The notes under the pieces are model-generated. The model ran no database searches and was not told the origin of the DNA. It saw only the letters and a program-made list of their open reading frames with translations. A program made the position numbers and the translations under genes. Shown piece by piece: positions 16,652 to 23,877 of a stretch of DNA of 32,687 nucleotides (position 1 is the first letter of the stretch; each line of letters begins with the position of its first letter). The DNA comes from Dehalococcoidia bacterium (GTDB taxonomy: Bacteria > Chloroflexota > Dehalococcoidia > Lucifugimonadales > UBA3495): NCBI GenBank assembly GCA_047516825.1, contig JAKZUA010000062.1, positions 1-32,687 on the forward strand, given 5' to 3'.

Positions 16652-16951
16652 ATGCCAAATCGAAAACCCAGCAACCCGAGCACCCATGACAAGCTTGTAA
16701 GACAGGAGTCCGATAAACTAAAGCAGGCCGGTTGGAAAGTACAGGCTGACATTGCAGGATTCGATAAACCTGATCCCGTTGGTAAGGATAATCGAATTCC
16801 TGACATCCAAGCTACAAAAGGTGGCCGAGTCCAGCTGCTAGAAGTAGAGACGCCGAAAACGCTTATTCAAGACAAGAAACAGCAAGAGACCTTTCGGCGA
16901 AGCGCAGCCCAAAAGAAGAATACGACGTTCAAGGTAATCAAGACAAAATAA
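16652..16951 (+). CDS. Hypothetical 99-aa basic protein, possibly a degenerate PD-(D/E)xK nuclease fold
   Basis: ATG with GGGAG upstream. The pattern GW-V-ADI-G...RIPDIQATKGGRVQLLEVETPK resembles the PD...E-x-K core of small restriction-endonuclease-fold proteins, but reads E-V-E. My hand count gives ~47% G+C over 16651-16950, versus ~63% in a sampled nrdJ stretch. Confidence 0.55.
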   Translation: MPNRKPSNPSTHDKLVRQESDKLKQAGWKVQADIAGFDKPDPVGKDNRIPDIQATKGGRVQLLEVETPKTLIQDKKQQETFRRSAAQKKNTTFKVIKTK

Positions 16952-17038
16952 TTGAACAGCTAAGCGGTTTCTGCCTGGGGTTGGTGTTCCGACGAAGATA
17001 GAGCCAACTCCGCCGCCCAACCCCATGGGTCAATCACG

Positions 17039-17078
17039 AGAAAGCCCCCGGCATCCGCTGGGGGCTTTCTATTCTGGC
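17039..17078 (+). terminator. Rho-independent terminator after the 99-aa ORF
   Basis: AGAAAGCCCCC (17039-17049) pairs with GGGGGCTTTCT (17060-17070): an 11-bp stem with a 10-nt loop, followed by ATTCTGGCTT. Confidence 0.6.
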
Positions 17079-17087
17079 TTGGGCCTG

Positions 17088-17096
17088 TGCTACAAT
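17088..17096 (+). promoter_or_regulatory. Extended -10 element TGcTACAAT upstream of the antitoxin gene
   Basis: TGCTACAAT lies 29 nt before ATG 17125. It is part of the 11-nt string GTGCTACAATC, which recurs at 17763-17773. Confidence 0.45.
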
Positions 17097-17124
17097 CGAA
17101 CCAGAAGTACAGGGCTAATTGAAC

Positions 17125-17373
17125 ATGAAAGCTGATTTCTCCAAACTGCTGAAAAGCCTGACCCCCGCCGAGCAAGCTGAGGTGGAAACCTTCGCCTCCT
17201 TCCTGTTGGCGCGCCGGAAGCTGAAAAAAGTCCACGTCTCCACGGACGATGTGTCCACCGAAGAACTCTTGCAGTTGGTAACAGATGCAGAGGGTTTCGA
17301 ATGGCTGGACGCTCCTGAAGAGGATGTGTATTCCGCCGCAGACGGTGATGCAGTGCAGTGGCCCGGTCATTAG
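17125..17373 (+). CDS. Putative type II antitoxin (DUF2281-like)
   Basis: 82-aa acidic protein. The N-terminal LLKSLTPAEQAEVETFASFLLARRK resembles the DUF2281 antitoxin helix. Its 3' end overlaps the toxin ORF. Confidence 0.55.
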   Translation: MKADFSKLLKSLTPAEQAEVETFASFLLARRKLKKVHVSTDDVSTEELLQLVTDAEGFEWLDAPEEDVYSAADGDAVQWPGH

Positions 17374-17746
17374 TCCCCGGTCATTAATACCAAGGGGTAG
17401 GGTAGTTCTGGTCCGCTATCCCTTCACCGATCTATCCACAGCAAAAGTCCGCCCGGCGGTTGTTGTGACCTCCAACCTGCTCCTCTCCCAGATGGAGGAC
17501 GTTCTCTGTCTCTTTATCTCCTCGGTGATCCCCGGGGAGCTATTGTCCACCGATTTCGTCTTGGAGCCCAGCCATCTCGCTTTCCCAGCAACCGGTTTGA
17601 GATTTCGTTCGGTTTTTCGCACCCACAAATTAGCCGTGCTCCACCAGAGCCTGGTTTTGAGGAAATTGGGTGACCTGGAGGATACATTGATGCACGAAAT
17701 CGACTCGAGATTGCAGCTCGCCCTGGGCTTACCGACACATCTCTGA
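17348..17746 (+). CDS. Putative PemK/MazF-family toxin
   Basis: RGRVVLVRYPFTDLSTAKVRPAVVVTS matches the PemK/MazF N-terminal motif (G-IV-V-FPFTD-S--K-RPALV-S). In-frame ATG 17348 overlaps the antitoxin by 26 nt; the ORF track begins at 17285. Confidence 0.6.
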   Translation: MQCSGPVISPRSLIPRGRVVLVRYPFTDLSTAKVRPAVVVTSNLLLSQMEDVLCLFISSVIPGELLSTDFVLEPSHLAFPATGLRFRSVFRTHKLAVLHQSLVLRKLGDLEDTLMHEIDSRLQLALGLPTHL

Positions 17747-17763
17747 ACATGTCAGCGGCTCCG

Positions 17764-17772
17764 TGCTACAAT
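17764..17772 (+). promoter_or_regulatory. Extended -10 element TGcTACAAT upstream of pdxA
   Basis: TGCTACAAT lies 38 nt before ATG 17810. AGGAGG at 17798-17803 is the pdxA SD. Confidence 0.45.
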
Positions 17773-17809
17773 CCGGCTCATCGCCCCACTGCTAACCAGG
17801 AGGCTTCCC

Positions 17810-18826
17810 ATGACTAGTCCAGAAAAACCGGCCATCGCAATTACCATGGGAGACCCCTGCGGCATCGGGCCGGAGGTGGTGGTCAAAGCCCTAGTCGACC
17901 CCCAGGTGTACGCCTCCTGCCGTCCCCTGGTGGTGGGCAACATCTTCGCGATGGAACAGGCGGTTAAGCTGACCGGCCTGCCGCTGCAAATCAAAGAAAC
18001 CGGCGACCCCTCCGGGGGCGGGGCAGACCCGGGGGTGGTGGACGTGGTGGACATCCACAACCTCAACCCGGAGGACATCACCGTTGGACAAATCAGCGTT
18101 CCCTGCGGGAAAGCCGCCATGGAGTGGGTCACCAAGGCCGGCGAACTGGCCCTGGCCGGTACCGTCGATGGACTGGCCACTGCGCCGCTGAACAAGGAAG
18201 CGGCCAGCCTGGCCGGATACCAAGCCATCGGCCATATGGAGCTGCTCCAAGAACTGTCCGGCGCCGAAACCGTGGGCACCATGCTGCTGGCCAAGAACCT
18301 GCGGGTAGTCCACCTTACCACCCATCGCTCTCTGCGGGTGGCCTGCGATTATGTCAAGCAAGACCGAATTCTCAGCTACCTGCAGCTGACCCACGACAGC
18401 TTCGTCCAGTGGGGTTACACCAATCCGCGCATCGGAGTGGCGGCGCTCAACCCCCACGGCAGCGACGGCGGCCTGCTGGGCAACGAGGAGGCGGAAGAGA
18501 TAGCCCCCGCCGTGGCCGCGGCCCAAAGCCTGGGCATCGGCGCGGTGGGTCCGGTGCCCGCCGACATCATCTTCCACCAAGCCATCAACGACCGGTACGA
18601 CGTGGTATTAGCCATGTTCCACGACCAGGGTCATATCCCAGTCAAAGTGTACGGGTTTGCAGAGAGCATCACCGCCAATCTGGGGCTGCCCTTCGTCCGA
18701 ACCTCGGTGGACCATGGCACCGCCTTCGACATCGCCGGGAAAGGGGTGGCCGACCAAACCAGCATGCTGGAATCAATCCGGTTGGCGGTGGCGCTGGCCA
18801 AGGGAAAGGGACTTTCGGGATTTTAA
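17810..18826 (+). CDS. pdxA: PdxA-family NAD-dependent dehydrogenase (4-hydroxythreonine-4-phosphate dehydrogenase or related)
   Basis: ITMGDPCGIGPEVV, TAPLNKEA, the divalent-metal His context HDQGHIPVK, and SVDHGTAFDIAGKG-AD are PdxA family motifs. Confidence 0.88.
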   Translation: MTSPEKPAIAITMGDPCGIGPEVVVKALVDPQVYASCRPLVVGNIFAMEQAVKLTGLPLQIKETGDPSGGGADPGVVDVVDIHNLNPEDITVGQISVPCGKAAMEWVTKAGELALAGTVDGLATAPLNKEAASLAGYQAIGHMELLQELSGAETVGTMLLAKNLRVVHLTTHRSLRVACDYVKQDRILSYLQLTHDSFVQWGYTNPRIGVAALNPHGSDGGLLGNEEAEEIAPAVAAAQSLGIGAVGPVPADIIFHQAINDRYDVVLAMFHDQGHIPVKVYGFAESITANLGLPFVRTSVDHGTAFDIAGKGVADQTSMLESIRLAVALAKGKGLSGF

Positions 18827-18930
18827 GCCAGGGCCAAAGTTAAAGCCGCCGGGTTCCGTATGCCAAGGCGTCTATATCCCGGCTTGGCGATGGGGGGTGA
18901 TCCAAGCCCTCCCAACCTCCTCTTCACCCT

Positions 18931-19128
18931 TATCTCAAAAGGTCACCCCGAGCCCTTCGGCGTTGCTCAGGATAAACTCCGCAAGGGGTCTGAAGCGCCT
19001 GAGCACATGGTCCTGACGCCATTGGCAATGGCTTAGTTGGCATACTGACTCATGAGGTTTTAAGGGCACAGAATTTAGATTCCTCAGTCGCTTCACTCCT
19101 TCGGAATGACATGGGCCGTTTCGAGATA
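18931..19128 (-). mobile_element. MITE-like non-autonomous repeat element, copy B (198 bp), inverted relative to copy A
   Basis: See copy A. Termini are TATCTCAAAAGG ... CCGTTTCGAGATA, an imperfect terminal inverted repeat matching 11 of 13. A 41-nt block (GCGGAGTTTATCCTGAGCAACGCCGAAGGGCTCGGGGTGAC) is identical in both copies. Confidence 0.55.
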
Positions 19129-19209
19129 GATTCTTGGTAAGGGGGAGCTTTTCCCTGCCACTCAAGCCGAAGGCTCCTAGACGCCCCTCCTTGCCTCTTC
19201 CTGTCAGCG

Positions 19210-19272
19210 GACATTTCCAACTGTAACTAGACATTTCCTCCAGCCTGCCCCGGGTCGGGTCGGTGTTATAAT
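19210..19272 (+). promoter_or_regulatory. GACATTTCC-N11-GACATTTCC direct repeat plus extended -10 (TGtTATAAT) upstream of proC
   Basis: GACATTTCC occurs at 19210-19218 and 19230-19238, with a 20-nt period. TGTTATAAT lies at 19264-19272, 56 nt before ATG 19328. Confidence 0.4.
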
Positions 19273-19327
19273 CCCAATAACCCCGTTTAATAATCCCGGC
19301 ACCAACCCCCGGGTGGAGAAGGTCCTG

Positions 19328-20131
19328 ATGAAAATAGCTTTCGTCGGCGGCGGCACCATGGCCGAGGCCCTGATGGGCGGAGTTCTCTCGGCCGAGTTGG
19401 CCCGGCCCGATGAGATAAGTGTGGGCGAGCCGGTGAAGCTTCGCCGCGAGTACTTGGCGGAAAGATACGGCGTCGATACCCACGCGGCCAATGACACGGC
19501 GGTTGACGGCGCGGACCTGGTCCTGCTGGCCATCAAGCCCCAAGACCTGCCTGCGGTTGCCCAGGGTTTGAAGAAGCAGTTAAAGCCCAACCAGGCGGCC
19601 CTTTCCATAATCGCCGGCGCCAAGATGTCCACCCTGATGGAGGGACTGGGTCACTCGGCAATAATACGGGTCATGCCCAACACGCCGGCTCAGATTGGCC
19701 ATGGAATGAGCATGTGGACCTGCACTCCCCAGGTCGATTCGGTCCAAAGAGCCCTCACCCAATCCATCCTGGCCACCGTAGGTCAGGAGATCTACGTGGA
19801 CGACGAGAAATACCTGGATATGGCCACCGCCCTGAGCGCCAGCGGCCCAGCCTATGTCTTCTTGTTCATAGAGGCCCTAATCGACGCCGGGGTCTACGTT
19901 GGGCTGCCCCGGGACACGGCCCGTAGGCTGGCCTTGCAGACAGTTTACGGCAGCACCAAGCTGGTTATGGAAACCGGCAAGCATCCGGGCGAGCTGAAGG
20001 ACATGGTGGTCTCGCCGGGTGGCACCACCGCCGAAGGCCTGCAGGTCCTGGAGCGCGGCGGGGTGCCGGCGACCGTGGTGGAGGCGGTAAACGCCGCCTA
20101 CCAGAAGTCCATGAAGCTGGGGCGAGAGTAG
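19328..20131 (+). CDS. proC: Pyrroline-5-carboxylate reductase
   Basis: N-terminal Rossmann motif MKIAFVGGGTMAEAL; later RVMPNTPA, SASGPAYVF and SPGGTTAEGL motifs. ATG 19328 is preferred over the ORF-track GTG 19313. Confidence 0.9.
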   Translation: MKIAFVGGGTMAEALMGGVLSAELARPDEISVGEPVKLRREYLAERYGVDTHAANDTAVDGADLVLLAIKPQDLPAVAQGLKKQLKPNQAALSIIAGAKMSTLMEGLGHSAIIRVMPNTPAQIGHGMSMWTCTPQVDSVQRALTQSILATVGQEIYVDDEKYLDMATALSASGPAYVFLFIEALIDAGVYVGLPRDTARRLALQTVYGSTKLVMETGKHPGELKDMVVSPGGTTAEGLQVLERGGVPATVVEAVNAAYQKSMKLGRE

Positions 20132-20142
20132 GGAGGTATCCA

Positions 20143-20442
20143 CTGAGCACTATCATCGAGATTATAAACAGACTCCTGTTTTTCTTGAGCCTGGCGATCC
20201 TGGCACGAATCGTCCTAACGCTGATTCTGCAGTCATTGGGAGGCCAGCCCAATTCTATTCTGGTCAGAATTACCATGTTTCTGGTCGCGATAACGGAGCC
20301 GATTTTGGGTCCTCTGCGAGACCTGCTGCGGGAACCGACCCGCAAAATCCACCCAATCTTCGAACGACTGGATTTCAGCCCTATGGCCGCCATATTGCTG
20401 ATATACCTGGTCCAATGGGCTCTGCGCCGCCTGTTGGTTTAG
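20143..20442 (+). CDS. yggT: YggT-family membrane protein
   Basis: Two hydrophobic helices and the ILGPLR...P motif typical of YggT, with proC-yggT synteny. The ORF track starts at TTG 20185. The frame is open upstream and reads LSTIIEIINRLLFFLS from CTG 20143, which lies 5 nt after GGGAGGT (20131-20137). The start is therefore uncertain. Confidence 0.7.
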   Translation: MSTIIEIINRLLFFLSLAILARIVLTLILQSLGGQPNSILVRITMFLVAITEPILGPLRDLLREPTRKIHPIFERLDFSPMAAILLIYLVQWALRRLLV

Positions 20443-20532
20443 ATGTAAATTCCGGGCCAACGGCAGTACGCCCCCCGGCTTCCGCCGGCGGGTTCCTCTC
20501 CTGAAACCGCCCTTAACTGTAGCAGCCGATAA

Positions 20533-21171
20533 ATGAACCGCGAAAGGGATGCCGAACCCCGGCTGGCCTCCGATGTGACCGTGATCCGGCGCGCCCTCGA
20601 ACAGGAATTACCCCGAGGACAAATCCCCACCGGCGCTCGACCCTTTCTCGTGGTGTTGAGCGGACTGCCGGGAACCGGCAAATCCCACTTCGCCCGTCAG
20701 CTGGCAGGTTGCCTCCCCCTAGTGGTGGTAGGGAGCGACCGGGCGCGCAAGGCGCTGATCCCTGAGCCCGAATACACCAGAGAGGAGCACCTGCGAGTTT
20801 TCTCCGCCTGCCACCGGGTGATAGAGGACTTGCTAACTCAGGACCAGACGGTCGTTTTCGACGCTACCAATCTCACGGAGGGATTCCGGCAACCCTTACT
20901 GGACCTGGCCCATCGCCGGGGAGCGCCGGCCCATATAATCCTGTTCACAGCTCCCCTCAAGGTGATCCGGCGACGACTAAAGCATCGGGCCGCCGGTATC
21001 GGCACGGACGGACTCTCCGACGCCGATTGGAGCGTCTTCGCCCGGCTGCGGCCCGGTCAAGAGCCGATCTCGGACGCCCACTGGGTGGTCGACTCTTCCA
21101 AAGCTATCCGCGGCTACCTGGACCGGCTCGTCCGGTTGATTCGGGACGCCCGAACTGACCCCATGACCTGA
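20533..21171 (+). CDS. P-loop kinase-like ATP-binding protein (AAA_33 / zeta-toxin-like fold)
   Basis: Walker A LVVLSGLPGTGKSHFARQLA and a Walker B-like VVFDATN. Size ~210 aa. Substrate unknown. Confidence 0.65.
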   Translation: MNRERDAEPRLASDVTVIRRALEQELPRGQIPTGARPFLVVLSGLPGTGKSHFARQLAGCLPLVVVGSDRARKALIPEPEYTREEHLRVFSACHRVIEDLLTQDQTVVFDATNLTEGFRQPLLDLAHRRGAPAHIILFTAPLKVIRRRLKHRAAGIGTDGLSDADWSVFARLRPGQEPISDAHWVVDSSKAIRGYLDRLVRLIRDARTDPMT

Positions 21172-21261
21172 CAATTCATAGTCTTTCCTTTGGTGGTAAA
21201 ATGGGGCCAAGCCAACCCAACTACGACATTAGGCCAATACGTCATTAGGAGGAATGTTGAT

Positions 21262-21750
21262 ATGCCCCAACTAGCAGGATTGGGCCACGTAGGGATTTAT
21301 ACCGACGACTTGATGAAGCAGCGCGACTTTTACACTCGGGTGATCGGCTTGACTGTGGCTGACGAGGACTTAGAAGGCCGGGGTATGTGTTTCATGAGCG
21401 CCGACCCCGTGGCCGAGCACCACGAATTTGTTCTGATGAAGGGACGGGTAACTTCGGAGGACGCCAACCTCATCCAGCAAATTTCCTTCAAGGTTCCCAG
21501 TATCCAGGATCTGCGGGACTACTACCAGCGTTTATTGGCGGAGAACGTAAAGGTCGAAAGAATAGTGAGTCACGGCAACGCCTTCGGAATGTATTTCTTT
21601 GACCCAGAAGGCAATCGAGTGGAGCTCTATTACAAGACCGGCCTTCCGGTGCCCCAGCCTCACGGCGACCCCATCGACCTGAGCCGGACCGATGACGAGT
21701 TGTTGGGAGACGCCAGAGAACTGCTGCTGGCGAAAACACCCACCAAGTAA
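21262..21750 (+). CDS. VOC-family protein (glyoxalase / extradiol dioxygenase fold)
   Basis: LGHVGIYTDDL---RDFYTRVIGL, HHEFVL, SFKV and MYFFDPEGNRVELY are paired beta-alpha-beta-beta-beta VOC motifs. AGGAGG lies 9 nt before ATG 21262; the ORF track starts at TTG 21190. Confidence 0.8.
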   Translation: MPQLAGLGHVGIYTDDLMKQRDFYTRVIGLTVADEDLEGRGMCFMSADPVAEHHEFVLMKGRVTSEDANLIQQISFKVPSIQDLRDYYQRLLAENVKVERIVSHGNAFGMYFFDPEGNRVELYYKTGLPVPQPHGDPIDLSRTDDELLGDARELLLAKTPTK

Positions 21751-21768
21751 CGCTGGCTTTTTGAATCA

Positions 21769-22464
21769 GTGCCGGATATTTTGCGTACAGCATTGGTCCG
21801 GCTTGGGAGCAACCGCTGGAGCCTGCGGGCTTGCTATTACCCCTGGCGCGTCCTGCCCTATGCTCTGCGGCACCTGGTCACCGCCGGGTACATCCTGCTC
21901 AGCCTTGGGGTCAAGAGGATGCTGAAGGTGGATTCCCAGGATGCCCTGACTGCCATGGATCAGTTGGGAACCCTGTGCCTTTGGGGAGTTCCCGAAATAG
22001 CCGTGGAGGACTACCGGCTGGTGGTAGAAGGCGAGGTGGAGCTAGCTCTGAGCCTCTCATTAGAGCAGCTACAATCGCTGCCCGCCGTAACCAGGCAGGT
22101 GCGCCAAGACTGCGTTGGCGGCTTCCGGAATAACTCGATGATGGAAGGAGTGTCGCTCCAAACGCTGCTGGACATCTCCGGCGTTGGCCCCGGCGCTCGC
22201 CGGGCGGTTTTCCACTGCGCCGACGGCTACTACTCCTCCCTAGAGTTGAGCGATCTGCTGGATCGGGAAGCCTTTCTGGCCTACAGCATCAACCGCCAGA
22301 AAATCCCTCAGTGCGGCTATCCCCTGAGGTTGGTTGCCCCCGGCAAATATGGCTACCAATGGGCCAAGTGGGTGCGGCGCATAGAGCTGGTCCCAGACCA
22401 ACGCAAGGGACATTGGGCTCGGTTAGGTTTGCCCGATAGGGGAGACGTGGGAGACATCTGGTAG
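21769..22464 (+). CDS. Molybdopterin-dependent oxidoreductase (sulfite-oxidase / MsrP-like Moco domain)
   Basis: W-L-V-G-V, then QDCVGGFRNNSMMEGV (Moco Cys region) and INRQKIP-QCGYPLRLVAPGKYGYQWAKWV--IEL match the Oxidored_molyb fold. The start codon is uncertain; the N-terminal ~50 aa are basic/hydrophobic. Confidence 0.75.
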   Translation: MPDILRTALVRLGSNRWSLRACYYPWRVLPYALRHLVTAGYILLSLGVKRMLKVDSQDALTAMDQLGTLCLWGVPEIAVEDYRLVVEGEVELALSLSLEQLQSLPAVTRQVRQDCVGGFRNNSMMEGVSLQTLLDISGVGPGARRAVFHCADGYYSSLELSDLLDREAFLAYSINRQKIPQCGYPLRLVAPGKYGYQWAKWVRRIELVPDQRKGHWARLGLPDRGDVGDIW

Positions 22465-22487
22465 GAAATGCGGCGAAGGGTCTGAGA

Positions 22488-22598
22488 GGGTGTTTATATA
22501 GCTCTTAATCTCCCCCTTAATAAGGGGGAGATTAAGAGGGGGTTGTTGTGACCCCTACCAACCTGCCCTTGATAAGGGGAGGGACATTTTAAACACCC
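22488..22598. repeat. Nested palindromic (REP-like) element
   Basis: GGGTGTTTA (22488-22496) pairs with TAAACACCC (22590-22598). The stem encloses a 37-nt near-perfect palindrome (CTCTTAATCTCCCCCTTA a TAAGGGGGAGATTAAGAG, 22502-22538) and a small CCCTT-GAT-AAGGG hairpin. Confidence 0.8.
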
Positions 22599-22601
22599 CC
22601 T

Positions 22602-22731
22602 TAGTACTACTTTGTCACCAAGCAGTTATGGCCTGTCCGACAGCTTAAAGCCAGGCGCCCAAAGCGTTCAGCATCACCCGCCGACAGATTGCCATTCCAG
22701 AGCATTGAGGGTACCTAACAAAGTAGTATTA
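22602..22731. repeat. Long-range inverted repeat closing a ~100-nt segment
   Basis: TAGTACTACTTTGT (22602-22615) pairs with ACAAAGTAGTATTA (22718-22731): 14 bp if one G-U pair is allowed. The interior contains the direct repeat CCGACAG twice. Confidence 0.6.
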
Positions 22732-22743
22732 GGCAAGAGAGCG

Positions 22744-23148
22744 TCAGTTGCGGTGGCGGGCCTGCTCCAGTTTTTCCACGGTGCCGGGAACCTTCCAGTC
22801 GATGTAGAGCAAAACGTGCTCCTTGATCGCCTCCTCATGCACCCGGCAGGGGGCGCAATGGGCGTCGATGCAAAGTCCATGACGAGGCTTGAGGCTACCG
22901 CGCCAGGCTTCCAGCTCCGCCAAAACCTCCTGGCTACCGGCGCTACCGGCCTCTAGCGACACCTTTAGCTGGTCCAGCTGGCCGGAAATCTGGTCCAGCA
23001 GTTCGATATGCCGCTGCAAATTTTCTTCGGCCCAATTTTTCGGCTCGCCCCGATTTGGATTGGGCAGGGTGGGCATGCCGGCAGCGCCGGAACCGGGAGG
23101 CTCCAGTTCCTTCCCGCAGGCCGGGCATTTTGCCGGTTGATTAGTCAT
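22744..23148 (-). CDS. Hypothetical 134-aa Cys-containing protein
   Basis: GAGGTGAAGGTG lies immediately upstream of ATG 23148; the ORF track starts 7 codons earlier. N-terminal CPACG, a central coiled-coil-like segment and a C-terminal HCAPC. No family recognised. Confidence 0.5.
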   Translation of the reverse strand: MTNQPAKCPACGKELEPPGSGAAGMPTLPNPNRGEPKNWAEENLQRHIELLDQISGQLDQLKVSLEAGSAGSQEVLAELEAWRGSLKPRHGLCIDAHCAPCRVHEEAIKEHVLLYIDWKVPGTVEKLEQARHRN

Positions 23149-23391
23149 CACCTTCACCTCGCCGAGCAACTGTCTGGCGGCGCCGCCAGCAGCATATCCC
23201 GAAGGTCTTCCCCCGGAAGTTCTCCCTCGATGAAGGGGAGCGTTACTGGGAAGCGGCGCTGGGAGTATAACATAGGCCCCACGAGGCCGGGAGCATTCTG
23301 CGCCTATACCCTGGGAGCCGGCCCGGAGCCGCCTTGGCCGGGCGATAATCCGGCAATTCCCATTTCATTTATTTGAGGCTATCCTTAGGCC

Positions 23392-23877
23392 ATGCGGCAG
23401 GCGATGCGGCCCAAATTCATTGTCGATGTTAACGTCGGGCGTTTGGCCACCTGGCTCAGGATTATGGGATATGACGCGGCCTTTCCCCGCAGCGCCAGCG
23501 ACAATGAATTGGTACGACTGGCCCTCAAACAGGACCGGATGCTGATTACCCGGGACTCGGGTTTCCTGTTGAGAAGGTCCGTCCGTTTGGGTCAATTACG
23601 CATGCTGTACGTGGTAGCCGATGACCTGCGGGGCCAGTTGCGCCAGCTGATTCGGGAGCTGAATCTAAACCTGGACAGCGGCTTTTCTCGCTGTCTGCGC
23701 TGCAATGATCCGCTGGCGCCGGTGGACAAAGGGGCGGTGGCTGACCAGATCCCCGACTATGTAGCCCGCACCCAGACCGCCTTTAGCCAGTGCTTCAGCT
23801 GCCTTCGGGTCTACTGGCCCGGCACTCACTGGTCCAACATGATCAGTGAGCTGGCCCGGGTGAATCAGGAGGAATAA
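23392..23877 (+). CDS. Mut7-C RNase domain protein (DUF82: PIN-like domain + C-terminal Zn ribbon)
   Basis: KFIVDVNVGRLATWLRIMGYDA, LITRD and C-terminal CLRCN...CFSC...YW-G-HW match the Mut7-C architecture. Its TAA stop overlaps the ATG of the next gene (TAATG). Confidence 0.8.
   Translation: MRQAMRPKFIVDVNVGRLATWLRIMGYDAAFPRSASDNELVRLALKQDRMLITRDSGFLLRRSVRLGQLRMLYVVADDLRGQLRQLIRELNLNLDSGFSRCLRCNDPLAPVDKGAVADQIPDYVARTQTAFSQCFSCLRVYWPGTHWSNMISELARVNQEE

Noticed and set aside
22612-22956. 114-aa + strand ORF overlapping the 3' end of the Cys-rich minus-strand gene.
   Set aside because: It starts inside the inverted-repeat region without an SD and has implausible composition. The minus-strand ORF has an SD-ATG and a coiled-coil-like sequence.
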